64,000 nucleotides of DNA from a virus (IMGVR_UViG_3300032240_001531:1-64000), one strand, 5' to 3'; shown: positions 25,595-36,242, counted from the stretch's first letter. Numbers and translations: made by a program. Notes: generated from the sequence alone by a model not told the origin.

Positions 25595-28321
25595 ATGGCG
25601 ACTTATAACCGCCCCGGAGTATACCTAGAAGAAGTCGCTTCTTCTGTAGCGCTGTCCTCTACCCCTACTGCCACAGTAGCTACTTTTATGGGCTATTTTG
25701 CAAAAGGCCCACTTGACGCCACTCTAGTGTCTTCATGGAGCCAGTTCACATCTCTGTATGGTGATATTTTGGCTAACTCTACAGACGCAGATGCTGCAAC
25801 TGCTGTTTATCTATTTTTTGCTAATGGTGGAAGCCAGTGTTATATTCAGCGTGTAGTAGTTACTACAATTGCTGTTTCAGGTTCTGCTACTTCAAATAGC
25901 GCTACGTTAACTATTGCCGCTGCTTCTGGTCTTCCTACATCGGATGGAACTACCGCGGGCACAATTACTTCTGCAAATGCTGTTGGCGCAACTATTACTG
26001 GTAATGGTATTTCAGCAGGAACTATTATTACCGTGGTAGCTGGTACAACTTTGACTTTAAGCAAAAATGCTACTGTTCCAGCAGGAACTACGCTTACAGT
26101 TACAAGCACTATAGCTTCTTCTGTGAAGATTAAGGGAAATACTACAGTTGCTGTTGGTCTTCAGACTCCAGTAACCAGCGGAACTAGCGTAACTCTTACT
26201 ACAGGTACTGGTTACCCTACTGGTACCCCTACCCCTACATATTCTGCCCCAAACAGTTCTATTGGAATTAGCGCAATTACCGGTTTAACTGTTGGTACAG
26301 TAGTTACTATTTCTGGTGTTACTCCAGCCGGTTATAACGGTACTTGGACCGCACAGACTGGTACAACTACCACATCTTTGGTAATTAACACAGGTGCAAA
26401 CTTAGGTGCGATTACTGTTGCCGGTAACATTGTGGTTAACACAGCGCACAATATAAAGGTTGGACAAACTGTTGTGGTAGCAGGTGCTGTTCCTTCTACT
26501 TACAATGGTACATTCGTAGTAACAGCTGTGCCAACTACTTCTTCATTCACGGTTACAAATGTTCAGTCACCTTCTGCAATTATTACTACTGCGGGCACGG
26601 CTACTTCACAAAGCGGTACAGATGAGCTTACACTAACCGCTAAGACCCCTGGTTTATGGACTAATGGTCTTTATTATGAAATTTCAAATTCTACCTCAAA
26701 CACATCATATCCTGGTAAGTATTTTAACTTGGCTATTTATTCGGGTGGAACTTCTGCTGGTTACATTGTAGAACGTTTTAGCGATCTTACATTACTTGCA
26801 ACAGAATCATCATATGCACCTACTATTATTAACGCTTCGTCTAACTACGTAATTGCTACTGATTCTAACGCAGCTAACCACACCGCAGTTAACTTTGCTA
26901 CTACAAATACTCCTGTTACAACAGCGTTAGTATCTCAAACAGCTACTTCAACGGGCGCACTTGGTGCAAGCACTTTGGTTAACTTAACTAGCACTAGCTC
27001 TAGCATTAATGCGGGTATGAACGTTGCTGGTAATGGTATTACTTCTGGAACTACTGTTTCTAGTTATGGTGTTGCTGCGGTTATTATTGCGCAAACTGTT
27101 AGCTATTCTGCTCCAAACATTACATTGTCTACTGCTAGCAATCACAATATTGCTGTAGGTGCAACTGTAGTTGTTTCTGGCGTTACTCCAACAGGTTACA
27201 ATGGCACTTGGACAGCTCAAACCGGTACGACTGGTACAACATTGGTAATTAACGTGGGGTCAAACCCAGGTGCAATTACTGCCCTTGGAACAGTTACTTC
27301 TAATACTGCGGTTTTAAGCGCATCAATGACGGTACCTGCAAACACTTCTTTAACATTTACAAATGTCGCCCTTACCGGTGGTAGCGATGGTTCTACTGTA
27401 ACCAACACTGCTGTAGCAGCTACTAGTGCTACTGCAAAGTTGGATGCCATTAACCAGCCTATTTTGCTAAATGCTTCTGGTGTTACTGAAGCAGCTAACG
27501 TAAACGCGCTTCTTACATACGCGTATAACCGCGGTGATGTTTTTGTAATCATTGACCCTACACAAGCTACTCTAGATGTGACAAGCCAACTTACTTTGGC
27601 TAACTCATACACAGGCGGTTCTGCGGGTGCTGCGGCTCTTGGTTATGGTGCGGTTTACTATCCCAACCTAACAATTCCAAACCCTACATCTAGCAGCCCT
27701 GGCGCAATTACTACCGCCTATCCTGGTGGAGCAATTGCTGCTAAGTATGCTACAACTGATAGTTCACGTGGTGTCTTTAAGTCACCTGCTGGTCTAGAAG
27801 CTCGTTTGTCTGGTGTTGTATCAGTCACTACTTTGACAAATAACGAATTAGATTACTTAAACAACGGAACAACTAACCCTAGTACGTTTGCTACCGCCAC
27901 TCCTGTAAACGCTATTCGTTATATACCAGGTTCTGGAATTGTAGTTATGGGTGCTCGTACACTTAGCAGCACATACAATAACCGCTATATTTCAGTTCGT
28001 AGAAGCCTTATTTACTTACGTAAGACTCTTACAGACGCAACAGCTTTTGCTTTATTTGAGTCAAACGATGAACGCCTATGGAACCGTCTTCAGACCACTT
28101 GTGAAGCGATTCTAATTAACTTCTGGCAATCTGGAGGTTTAAAAGGAACTACAGCATTAGACGCTTTCTACGTAAAATCCGATAGCTCCATCAACACCGT
28201 ACCTAGCATTGCTGCTGGTGAGGTTCACTTAGAAATCGGTGTAGCACTTCAGCGCCCTGCTGAATTTGTGGTAATCCGTATTAGCCAGTACGACAGTGGT
28301 TCTGTTGTAACAGTCCTGTAG
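25595..28321 (+). CDS. Contractile tail sheath with large beta-module insertions
   Basis: N-terminal RPGVYLEE; C-terminal GVFKSPAG, GARTL, YISVRR, PAEFVVIRI. Confidence 0.95.
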   Translation: MATYNRPGVYLEEVASSVALSSTPTATVATFMGYFAKGPLDATLVSSWSQFTSLYGDILANSTDADAATAVYLFFANGGSQCYIQRVVVTTIAVSGSATSNSATLTIAAASGLPTSDGTTAGTITSANAVGATITGNGISAGTIITVVAGTTLTLSKNATVPAGTTLTVTSTIASSVKIKGNTTVAVGLQTPVTSGTSVTLTTGTGYPTGTPTPTYSAPNSSIGISAITGLTVGTVVTISGVTPAGYNGTWTAQTGTTTTSLVINTGANLGAITVAGNIVVNTAHNIKVGQTVVVAGAVPSTYNGTFVVTAVPTTSSFTVTNVQSPSAIITTAGTATSQSGTDELTLTAKTPGLWTNGLYYEISNSTSNTSYPGKYFNLAIYSGGTSAGYIVERFSDLTLLATESSYAPTIINASSNYVIATDSNAANHTAVNFATTNTPVTTALVSQTATSTGALGASTLVNLTSTSSSINAGMNVAGNGITSGTTVSSYGVAAVIIAQTVSYSAPNITLSTASNHNIAVGATVVVSGVTPTGYNGTWTAQTGTTGTTLVINVGSNPGAITALGTVTSNTAVLSASMTVPANTSLTFTNVALTGGSDGSTVTNTAVAATSATAKLDAINQPILLNASGVTEAANVNALLTYAYNRGDVFVIIDPTQATLDVTSQLTLANSYTGGSAGAAALGYGAVYYPNLTIPNPTSSSPGAITTAYPGGAIAAKYATTDSSRGVFKSPAGLEARLSGVVSVTTLTNNELDYLNNGTTNPSTFATATPVNAIRYIPGSGIVVMGARTLSSTYNNRYISVRRSLIYLRKTLTDATAFALFESNDERLWNRLQTTCEAILINFWQSGGLKGTTALDAFYVKSDSSINTVPSIAAGEVHLEIGVALQRPAEFVVIRISQYDSGSVVTVL

Positions 28322-28333
28322 GAGGAAAAATAA

Positions 28334-28963
28334 ATGGCACAGAGCGCAATTTCACGCTTTTCAAAACTACAAACTGACCCTTTAAGAAACTTTAGGTTCA
28401 TTGTTGATTTCCGTATAAATGGAGATACTGGTGTACCAGGTTCATCTGCTGCCGGTGTAAACAGCTTCTTGAAGTTCAAGGGTGGGTTTACATCTGTATC
28501 AGGTCTAGGTATGACTATTGATGGAATTAGCTATCGTGAAGGTGGTATGAATACATCTCTACACCAACTTCCTGGTCGCGTAACTTTCCAGCCAATCACT
28601 CTTTCACGCGGTGTAATCTTAGGCCAGAGCGAAGGTATTAACTGGTTTAAACAGTTGTTTGCTGCTAGCTCTGGTGAAGGTATTGCTGGAGTAGATGGTT
28701 CATCATTCCGCTGTGATATGGATATCTACGTACTAGACCACCCAGCTACTGGTGCTCCTGCTATTAGCGCCTCAGACATCATTAATAAGTCTTCTTACAA
28801 GATGAAGTTTATTGTGCACAACGCGTGGATTTCAGGCCTTAGCTATTCAGACCTAAGCGCTTCTGACAACTCATTGATGTATGAAACTATGACTTTGGTT
28901 CACGAAGGTCTATCAGTTCAGCTAGCTAACTTTGGTTCAAACGTATCAGCTACACTAACGTAA
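28334..28963 (+). CDS. Tail tube protein (T4 gp19-like)
   Basis: DPLRNFRF, SYREGG, ITLSRG, LVHEG. Confidence 0.9.
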   Translation: MAQSAISRFSKLQTDPLRNFRFIVDFRINGDTGVPGSSAAGVNSFLKFKGGFTSVSGLGMTIDGISYREGGMNTSLHQLPGRVTFQPITLSRGVILGQSEGINWFKQLFAASSGEGIAGVDGSSFRCDMDIYVLDHPATGAPAISASDIINKSSYKMKFIVHNAWISGLSYSDLSASDNSLMYETMTLVHEGLSVQLANFGSNVSATLT

Positions 28964-29013
28964 TTTAACATTTAAAATCTGATAAAATAGCTATATCTAA
29001 TTAGGAGTACAAC

Positions 29014-29814
29014 ATGGCAAACAATATCTCTAACGACCCAAACCTTATTTCCCAGTACGCACAGGATTTGGAAAAAGGTCCAGAGTCCGAAATTAAAACC
29101 GTTGCACCGTCAAACTCGAATGTAATTCTTCCGGGTGGGTTCTTGGCTAAGGATGGTTCTTTGATTAAATATGGTGAAGTTCGTGAGTTAAACGGCATGG
29201 ATGAAGAAGCTGTATCAAAGGCTGGTTCTGCCGGTAAGGCGCTTGCTGCAATGTTGCAGCGAGGCGTAATTTCTATTGGAGCTAACGCAGTAGATAAGGC
29301 AGACCTTGACCAATTATTGAGCGGTGACCGAGACGCTTTGTTGATCGGTATTCGTCGAGTTACTTTTGGCGATACCGTTGACTATGAGTTCCCTTGCCCA
29401 CACTGTAACACTGATTTAGAAGTAGCTGTTGATTTGGTTAAAGATGTCCCTGTCAGGGAGCTTGAAGACCCAATCAATGACAGAACTTTTACATACATGT
29501 CTAAAAAACATGGAGCAATCGTAGTAGGTCTTCCTACTGGGGCTGCTCAAAAGAAACTTGTTGAAAACTCTGATAAGACAAATTCAGAGCTCAACACCAT
29601 CTTACTCGCTTCATGTCTCAAATCAATAAACGGTGAGCCATCATTAGGTGCTAGCACTGCCCTTACATTAGGTATGGCTGACCGTGACGGTGTGATTAAT
29701 GAAATTATTAAGCGTAACCCGGGCCCACGCCTCGGGGAGGTGAAGACGACTTGCGAGGCTTGTGGTGAGGATATTCCTCTTCCACTGTCGTTAGCTGACT
29801 TGTTTCGTCTATAA
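29014..29814 (+). CDS. Tail assembly chaperone with CxxC motifs
   Basis: Lies between tube and tape measure; LLSGDRDALL, CPHC, CEAC. Confidence 0.8.
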   Translation: MANNISNDPNLISQYAQDLEKGPESEIKTVAPSNSNVILPGGFLAKDGSLIKYGEVRELNGMDEEAVSKAGSAGKALAAMLQRGVISIGANAVDKADLDQLLSGDRDALLIGIRRVTFGDTVDYEFPCPHCNTDLEVAVDLVKDVPVRELEDPINDRTFTYMSKKHGAIVVGLPTGAAQKKLVENSDKTNSELNTILLASCLKSINGEPSLGASTALTLGMADRDGVINEIIKRNPGPRLGEVKTTCEACGEDIPLPLSLADLFRL

Positions 29815-29950
29815 AGAAAAAGATTACGAACAACTACTCGACCAATATGAAGCACTATCTAGAACATTTCCCGGCTGGACGCTGTCTGACATCAGAAGTT
29901 TGTCCGTAAGAGAACGTAGAAATTGGCTGTCTAGGGCAGCCCGTAAATAA
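29804..29950 (+). CDS. Chaperone C-terminal extension (+1 frame, no start codon of its own)
   Basis: YEQLLDQYEALSRTFPGWTLSDIRSLSVRERRNWL resembles the typical gpT/GT segment. Confidence 0.7.
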   Translation, partial: FVYKEKDYEQLLDQYEALSRTFPGWTLSDIRSLSVRERRNWLSRAARK

Positions 29951-29959
29951 AGGTAGAAC

Positions 29960-32146
29960 ATGGCGGCGAGTGTAAAAAGCTCTTTTGGTTTAGGCGGAGG
30001 TACATCTAAAACCCGCCTAGTCGCTGACCTTAACGACGAATATAAAAAGCTTAATATTACCCTTAAAGAAACTGAAAAGTTATCTAAAAGCATTGCTGGT
30101 AATTTACAAAACTCTGGTAAAAAACGTCGTGGTGGCGGTGCTTCTTCCATGTCGGAACCTAGTGAACCGCCAGAGCCAGGAGAGCCGGGTGGACCAGGCG
30201 GTCCGGGTGGAGGGCCGCGAGGCGCTAGTGCCTCTGGTTCTAATGCAGGTAGTTGGGCTTCTGCCGTAAAAACAATGGCAGGTGCAGCAGTTACTGCCCT
30301 TGCTACGGGTGTTGATGGCGAGCAATATATAACCAACGATATAGCCCGTCGTCGTTTTGGTTTTTTTCAAGGGTCGTATAGTAGAAAAAATGACAATATT
30401 GGTACCATAGGTGGCGGATTTGCGTTTGCTTCTATGTCCAGTCGCGGTACCCCTATTAGTGCTATGGATGCCGCTAATGCAACTATGGCCGGTAACTCTA
30501 TGGGCCTTATGTCTGGCCTTAAAAACTATAACACCATTATTAACAGCACAGCCGGTATCTCTAACGTAATGCCTGGTGTTGGCCTTGAAGGCGGTATGAA
30601 TGCGCTAAGCGCCCTTAACCAAGGCTCAAGTATTAATAAGCTTCGTATGATTGGTATTAACGTACGCGACCAAAATGGTTTTATGCGTAATGTTGAGGAT
30701 ATTGCACGCGATCTTTGGCGTTCACTAAATGGAAGTAAATCTGGAACTGCGCGAATTACTGAAGCTGATTTGTCATACTCTTTGCAAGCAGGTAACTCAG
30801 TGGCCATGTTGCTTGACCAGTACTTTGGAACAGATGCTGTTCTTAAACAATCTATTATTTCTTACCTATTTCAATTTGCTAAAAATAATGGCGCAAAAGT
30901 TGGCGGCGGGTATCAAACTGAAGCGGGTAAAAAAGAACTTCTTACTACCGGTGCTAACCCGGGTATTACTCAAAGTATTGGTCGTAGAAATGCCGCAGGT
31001 AGTGCAAACGTAAACGCTTATACTTCAGGTGGTGTTTTAGGTATTCAAGGCGCTAATGATTTAATTACAAGTTTTACTACAATGGCTACAGCAATGATGC
31101 CTTTAATGGAAAGTTTAGTTACAACAACCACGTTTAGCCAAACTCTAGGTGGAGCAAGTAATGGCACCGGAGGTATCCTTATTAAAGGACTTATTGATGC
31201 AGCTAAAGGTACCGTTGATGTTTCTCTGGAAGGCATTAAAGCAATTAAATATGTTGCTTTAGCCGCAGCAGTTGCTTTGGGTGTGGGAGCTATATCTAGA
31301 AACGTTACGCAACAACGTGATGAGCAATGGTACAAGGACATTATGTCTGGTAAGAGCACTCCTGATAGCGGAACTTCTGCTTGGGCAGGTAGCGGTTGGG
31401 ACGTAGGAATTTTAGGTAGTTTGATGCTTAATCAAAACTACGACAACAGCTTGAATGGCACTAACGGAATGACCCCCAACGGAACTTCAGGTACGGGTGA
31501 TAACGGATTTCCTGGAGGAAGCCCTACTGGCGGGGGTGGCGGTGGAAGCACAATTATTCCTAAACCTAAAAAAGAAACTCATAACTCTTCCGAACGACGA
31601 AATCAAAAACTTCATCCTAAAGGATTTAAACAGTCTAACGACAGCATTTTAGGGTGGGCTGGAAAAGTACTAAAAGGCATGGGCGCTCCGGTAACTAAAT
31701 CAAATTTAGCTGCTATGGTATCTTGGATTCAAACCGAAAGTACCGGTAAAAATAATTATCAAACTTGGAATAACCCATTAAATACTACCCGCTCTGATGA
31801 TAATTCTATACCAGTAAATTATGCGGGATGGTCATTATCAAACCCAAATGGTGGTGTGCAAGAATTTGCTAATGAAGATGCCGGAATTGCGGCGACTATT
31901 GCAACTTTGCAACAGGATAATTTTAAAGATATTGCTACTGTGTTTAAAAAAGATAAAGGCATAGAAGCATTAAATGTAGCTGTAAAAGCCGACCAATGGG
32001 GTAGTCCATCAATTACACCAGTAAAAAATATTACTATTAATGTTAATGGTGCTCAAGATACCGTAGGAATCGTAGAAGCTATTAAACAATATTTAGCTGA
32101 TGAAGCAATTAAAGATGAGGCTAGAGGCTCAGGAGGAGGACACTAA
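29960..32146 (+). CDS. Tape measure protein with C-terminal lysozyme-like domain
   Basis: Ala/Gly-rich helical body; WIQTES...NNPLNTT; position. Confidence 0.8.
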   Translation: MAASVKSSFGLGGGTSKTRLVADLNDEYKKLNITLKETEKLSKSIAGNLQNSGKKRRGGGASSMSEPSEPPEPGEPGGPGGPGGGPRGASASGSNAGSWASAVKTMAGAAVTALATGVDGEQYITNDIARRRFGFFQGSYSRKNDNIGTIGGGFAFASMSSRGTPISAMDAANATMAGNSMGLMSGLKNYNTIINSTAGISNVMPGVGLEGGMNALSALNQGSSINKLRMIGINVRDQNGFMRNVEDIARDLWRSLNGSKSGTARITEADLSYSLQAGNSVAMLLDQYFGTDAVLKQSIISYLFQFAKNNGAKVGGGYQTEAGKKELLTTGANPGITQSIGRRNAAGSANVNAYTSGGVLGIQGANDLITSFTTMATAMMPLMESLVTTTTFSQTLGGASNGTGGILIKGLIDAAKGTVDVSLEGIKAIKYVALAAAVALGVGAISRNVTQQRDEQWYKDIMSGKSTPDSGTSAWAGSGWDVGILGSLMLNQNYDNSLNGTNGMTPNGTSGTGDNGFPGGSPTGGGGGGSTIIPKPKKETHNSSERRNQKLHPKGFKQSNDSILGWAGKVLKGMGAPVTKSNLAAMVSWIQTESTGKNNYQTWNNPLNTTRSDDNSIPVNYAGWSLSNPNGGVQEFANEDAGIAATIATLQQDNFKDIATVFKKDKGIEALNVAVKADQWGSPSITPVKNITINVNGAQDTVGIVEAIKQYLADEAIKDEARGSGGGH

Positions 32147-33552
32147 TGGCGGGAAATACTAGCAGCTCAGCAAGCGCAAGGTCTATGGGCTACATTACAA
32201 GCACTAATGCTAATAACACTATTGTAAACGTATATGTAGATAGTTCATCTTATGCTGTGGGTGATACCTCTACAACTATGTCAGCATCAGTTAATTATGA
32301 AGTTAGCCCTGGAATTACTACTTCTTTAAAGAAGAGCTATAAGTATGTTCCGACTGTGCCAAACGCGTCTGGCAAATTCTTTTTTGATTCAGTTACCCCT
32401 GGCTTATCTACTAAAGACGGAACATCTATTCAAACTATTGGTTCGCCTATTAAACTTACTAAAGGTAATGGGTCAATCACTCCTTCTATAACTTATGGAG
32501 ATATTACAAAAGTAGTTCCTAGGTTTGACCAAAAAATAAACGCTACCTCTGACAATAAGTTTAATGTTAAAGTTCCCGTAGCTCCAGCAAATCCTGGGGA
32601 GTACCAGTGGAATTTGCCGCCACACAAATGGAGTATGCCTAGATTTGCTAGCTCAGACCCTAATAACATGCCTCCTGAAAACCACAAGCCTGCTTCAGAT
32701 GACCGCTATCGCAGAGGCCGTATTTGGTGGAGAGCCACAGACAATTCTTTGAGCACTATCGATGGCAACGGTAAAACTACAAAAATTGATAATGCTGACC
32801 GTAAGTATGGCTTCCAGTTTTTGTGGAATCCTACAAGTTTTGGTACAAGCGTGTCTGTTCAAATGGATGCTACGCCAAACGTTAATGACCGTTTCCTAGG
32901 TCAAGTAGGCGCTTTCCCTGCTACTGAATCTATATCATTTACTATTGAAGTTAACCGTATAAATGACTTTGCTTGCGCAAACGCTATATTTAAACGCCCT
33001 GATAATATTGGTAGTGCGCTAGGTAATCCTGGAACTAATAACTTTATTACAGAAGCTGATGTAGCTAAATTTGTTCCTTACTATTCAAACAACGGAAGTT
33101 TTACCGCATCTTTGCTTAAAAATGGTCGTTTAAAAACTGTTGAAAAAAAGCTTGTTGACCTATTTCAACGCGGAACTTTAGCAGATATTGAATATTTATA
33201 CACTGCTATCAATGGTCCAGGTCCTGGAAGCACCGCAGCCGGTGGAGATTATTGGAAAAATGGTCGTGGTATAATTACTGCTGACATTGGTTTCTTAATG
33301 CCTACACTATTAAATATTGATATAGGCCCATTATCTTATTTAGGTTACGTAACTAACATGGCTGTTACACATACTATGTTTACCCAAGATATGATTCCAA
33401 TTCAAAGCACAGTGCAAGTTGCGTTTAATCTACTGGCTACTGCTGGCCTTACTACTGCTAGTGTTAGTGCTGATATTAGCAATGCTGGTGGTTCTGGAGG
33501 CCAAGGTTATTCTGGTGGCGGTAGCGGCGGCGGCGGCGGAGGAGGTATTTAA
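32146..33552 (+). CDS. Tail tube initiator/baseplate protein
   Basis: FQFLWNPTS and GYVTNMAVTHTMF..DMIP pattern of tube initiators. Confidence 0.7.
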   Translation: MAGNTSSSASARSMGYITSTNANNTIVNVYVDSSSYAVGDTSTTMSASVNYEVSPGITTSLKKSYKYVPTVPNASGKFFFDSVTPGLSTKDGTSIQTIGSPIKLTKGNGSITPSITYGDITKVVPRFDQKINATSDNKFNVKVPVAPANPGEYQWNLPPHKWSMPRFASSDPNNMPPENHKPASDDRYRRGRIWWRATDNSLSTIDGNGKTTKIDNADRKYGFQFLWNPTSFGTSVSVQMDATPNVNDRFLGQVGAFPATESISFTIEVNRINDFACANAIFKRPDNIGSALGNPGTNNFITEADVAKFVPYYSNNGSFTASLLKNGRLKTVEKKLVDLFQRGTLADIEYLYTAINGPGPGSTAAGGDYWKNGRGIITADIGFLMPTLLNIDIGPLSYLGYVTNMAVTHTMFTQDMIPIQSTVQVAFNLLATAGLTTASVSADISNAGGSGGQGYSGGGSGGGGGGGI

Positions 33553-33553
33553 A

Positions 33554-33838
33554 ATGGCAGCACCATCTAATGATTCAAGGTACTACGATGCTACTGTAGA
33601 TTACTTTGCTACAAAACCTAATGGCGAAAATGCGCCAGTCTTACTCTATGATTTTAGCGAGTTTGGTGCACTGAACTATATTGATTATGAATGGAAAAAT
33701 GGGGACCGCTTAGATAATTTAGCCACTAAGTTTTTCTTGTTTCCTACTCGCTGGTGGATTATTGCTGAATTTAACCCTAAGATTTCAGACTGGTTGAACG
33801 TACCTGCCGGCACAAACATTAGGATTCCACGTGTCTAA
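33554..33838 (+). CDS. LysM/tail-X-like baseplate protein
   Basis: GDRLDNLA..F....WWIIAEFNP...PAGTNIRIP. Confidence 0.85.
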   Translation: MAAPSNDSRYYDATVDYFATKPNGENAPVLLYDFSEFGALNYIDYEWKNGDRLDNLATKFFLFPTRWWIIAEFNPKISDWLNVPAGTNIRIPRV

Positions 33839-35141
33839 TTACGTTACCGTTAACTTTCCAACTAGTGCTACACAACCTAAAAGAGTGTATAGAGTAAGTC
33901 TTACTCAAGAGATTTTTGCTCATGATTATGCAACTGTTGAATTTAGAGACTGGAACTTAGACCCGTTAAACATTAAACCTGGTTCTTTAATGATACTTAC
34001 AATTAAAGGCAAAGACTACCACGGTTATGTGCATGATTTACAAGGTAGCCAATCTGCTACTAAAAGCTTTACAAAAGTAGGTTTTATTGGTGCATCATAT
34101 GTTATGAAACAGGCTAGCCAAAAGATTTATCAAAACATGTCTGCCGATCAAATAGTTGCGGAAATAGCAAAGAAATATAATTTTGCGTATAAAGTTACTC
34201 CGCATCCTCGTATATATTCTCAGGTAGCTCAAGCTGGTATGACTGACTGGGAGCTTATGGTGCGCCTTGCTAAACAGTCTGGTTACTTTTTAAGAGCTGA
34301 AAATACTGAAATTTACTTTCAACCACTTACTGAAGACTTTACTAATCTTATTACAGAAGCTGTAAGTTTTCAAAAAGCCGATGGTGGGTTTAAACCTACA
34401 AACCCTATTTATTCATTTAAAACCGTTATTAGTGAAACTTTAAGACAGTTTGGGTTTAAAAAAGCGGCTACTTCAGTAGCTGGTGTAAATCCCGCTACCG
34501 GTCAAGAGTTTAAAATAACTACTCAAACTTCTTTTAATCCTAGCCGTCAATTCTCTAATCAAGAGTTTTTTGATGACCATGCTACTGATGTAGTTGCTAA
34601 TGACTACCAGACCGCTAACCAATTAGCAAATGCTTCTGATGAATACAGTAGATTTCCTTATGCGGCTAAAGTACAAACCATTGGTGTGTCGTCTATGAGA
34701 CCATGTTTACCTGTGTATCTTAAGAATGTTGGGGCAGAATATTCTGGCTATTGGACAGTACTTAGTGTTACCCATGAAGTTGTAGAAGATAACTTAAATC
34801 AACAAATGTATACCTGTGAGTTAATGGTAGCGTCTGACTCTCTTGGTAGGGCATCTGACATTAGAATACCTGAAGTGCCTTCTGTCAACCCAACAAAAAG
34901 GCTTATACCAAATCAAAGAAATACTAATGTTAAACCTAAAACTATTATAAATTTGCCTACAATTACTACTAAACGTTATCAGCAAACAGAACTTGTAACT
35001 AGAATTAACCGAGCTGCTCAGACTGGTCCTTTCGTAGCTACTTCTCGTTGGGGTTCTACTCACCGTGATTTAAATTATAAAATAGTAGACGAACGTATGC
35101 CACAAGCTGTATGGGCAAAATTGAGGTCTAATGCAATCTGA
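33831..35141 (+). CDS. Baseplate hub (gpD/VgrG-like)
   Basis: QAGMTDWELMVRLAK, YSGYWTV..VTH. Confidence 0.85.
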   Translation: MSNYVTVNFPTSATQPKRVYRVSLTQEIFAHDYATVEFRDWNLDPLNIKPGSLMILTIKGKDYHGYVHDLQGSQSATKSFTKVGFIGASYVMKQASQKIYQNMSADQIVAEIAKKYNFAYKVTPHPRIYSQVAQAGMTDWELMVRLAKQSGYFLRAENTEIYFQPLTEDFTNLITEAVSFQKADGGFKPTNPIYSFKTVISETLRQFGFKKAATSVAGVNPATGQEFKITTQTSFNPSRQFSNQEFFDDHATDVVANDYQTANQLANASDEYSRFPYAAKVQTIGVSSMRPCLPVYLKNVGAEYSGYWTVLSVTHEVVEDNLNQQMYTCELMVASDSLGRASDIRIPEVPSVNPTKRLIPNQRNTNVKPKTIINLPTITTKRYQQTELVTRINRAAQTGPFVATSRWGSTHRDLNYKIVDERMPQAVWAKLRSNAI

Positions 35142-35823
35142 TATTAAATACCATGGGATTTACCGCGGCGTAGTAGTAGCTACTAATGACCCTGAAAACC
35201 TAGGCAGAATTACTTTAAGGGTTCCACAAGTTTTTGGTACTGAAGTAACTAACTGGGTTTACCCTATTGTTGGGGGGCCTAAAAATAATAAAATACCTTA
35301 TGGTTCTTTTTATGACACTACTACTCAAACTTTAACAGGAGCTAATACGCCCAAAGCAATTACTCTTAATACAACAGATAAAAGTAACGGAGTTACTATT
35401 GGGGCACCAACCTCTAAAATTATATTTAAATACGCTGGAACATATAATGTTCAATTTTCTGCGCAAGTAGCAAATAATGGAACTGGTATTGCAAATCTTT
35501 GGTTACGTAAAAATGGCACAGATGTGCCTTGGACTAATGGTGAAGTAACAACCTCAAATACAAACCATCACGTCCTTCCTGCTTGGAATTATGTATTAAC
35601 TTTGGCTGCTAACGATTATCTTGAATTTGTTTGGATGAGCAATGATGCGGCTAATACCCTAGAGGCACAGGCGGCAACTACCTCCCCTGCATCTCCGGGG
35701 GTACCTTCAATGATTGTTACCGCCACGCTTGTCGGTAATTTTTTACCTTCCTCCGGAGACCCTTGCTGGGTTATGTTCGAAGGCGGAGACCCCAATTTTC
35801 CACTATGGTTAGGAACATTCTAA
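35131..35823 (+). CDS. Baseplate spike gp5/gpV OB-fold protein with internal C1q/BclA-like insert
   Basis: GIYRGVVV..NDPENLGRI.LRVPQV ... P..GD.CWVMFEGGDPNFPLW. Confidence 0.8.
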   Translation: MQSDIKYHGIYRGVVVATNDPENLGRITLRVPQVFGTEVTNWVYPIVGGPKNNKIPYGSFYDTTTQTLTGANTPKAITLNTTDKSNGVTIGAPTSKIIFKYAGTYNVQFSAQVANNGTGIANLWLRKNGTDVPWTNGEVTTSNTNHHVLPAWNYVLTLAANDYLEFVWMSNDAANTLEAQAATTSPASPGVPSMIVTATLVGNFLPSSGDPCWVMFEGGDPNFPLWLGTF

Positions 35824-36242
35824 TGGCAATTAATGTAATCAATTATCCATTTTCTTTAAGCAAAAACATTGCTGGTACTTATATTAATACAGTCGCAGCT
35901 ACTACTGACCCTAAGAAAATATGGCAGCAACGAGTGTTGTTAGTGTTAGGAACTAGGCCAGGAGAACGCTTAATGCGCCCTGATTTTGGCAGTAATTTGC
36001 ATACTGTTGTATTTGAACCAGAAGCTACTGCTGGTCAAATAGCTAAAGATAGTATTACCCGAGCATTTAACGATTGGTTGCCAAGCCTTGAATTACGCCA
36101 AATTAGCCCGTCATTTAACCCAACTACAGGAACTTTAACCGTAAGTATTACCTATGGACTGCCCAACGGAGAGGCAGATAGTGTTACAATTAATACTGGA
36201 ATATTCAACCGTTCTGGTGACTTGCTTCAGGAGATTAACTAA
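35823..36242 (+). CDS. Baseplate wedge gp25/gpW-like
   Basis: LGTRPGERLMRPDFGS. Confidence 0.9.
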   Translation: MAINVINYPFSLSKNIAGTYINTVAATTDPKKIWQQRVLLVLGTRPGERLMRPDFGSNLHTVVFEPEATAGQIAKDSITRAFNDWLPSLELRQISPSFNPTTGTLTVSITYGLPNGEADSVTINTGIFNRSGDLLQEIN

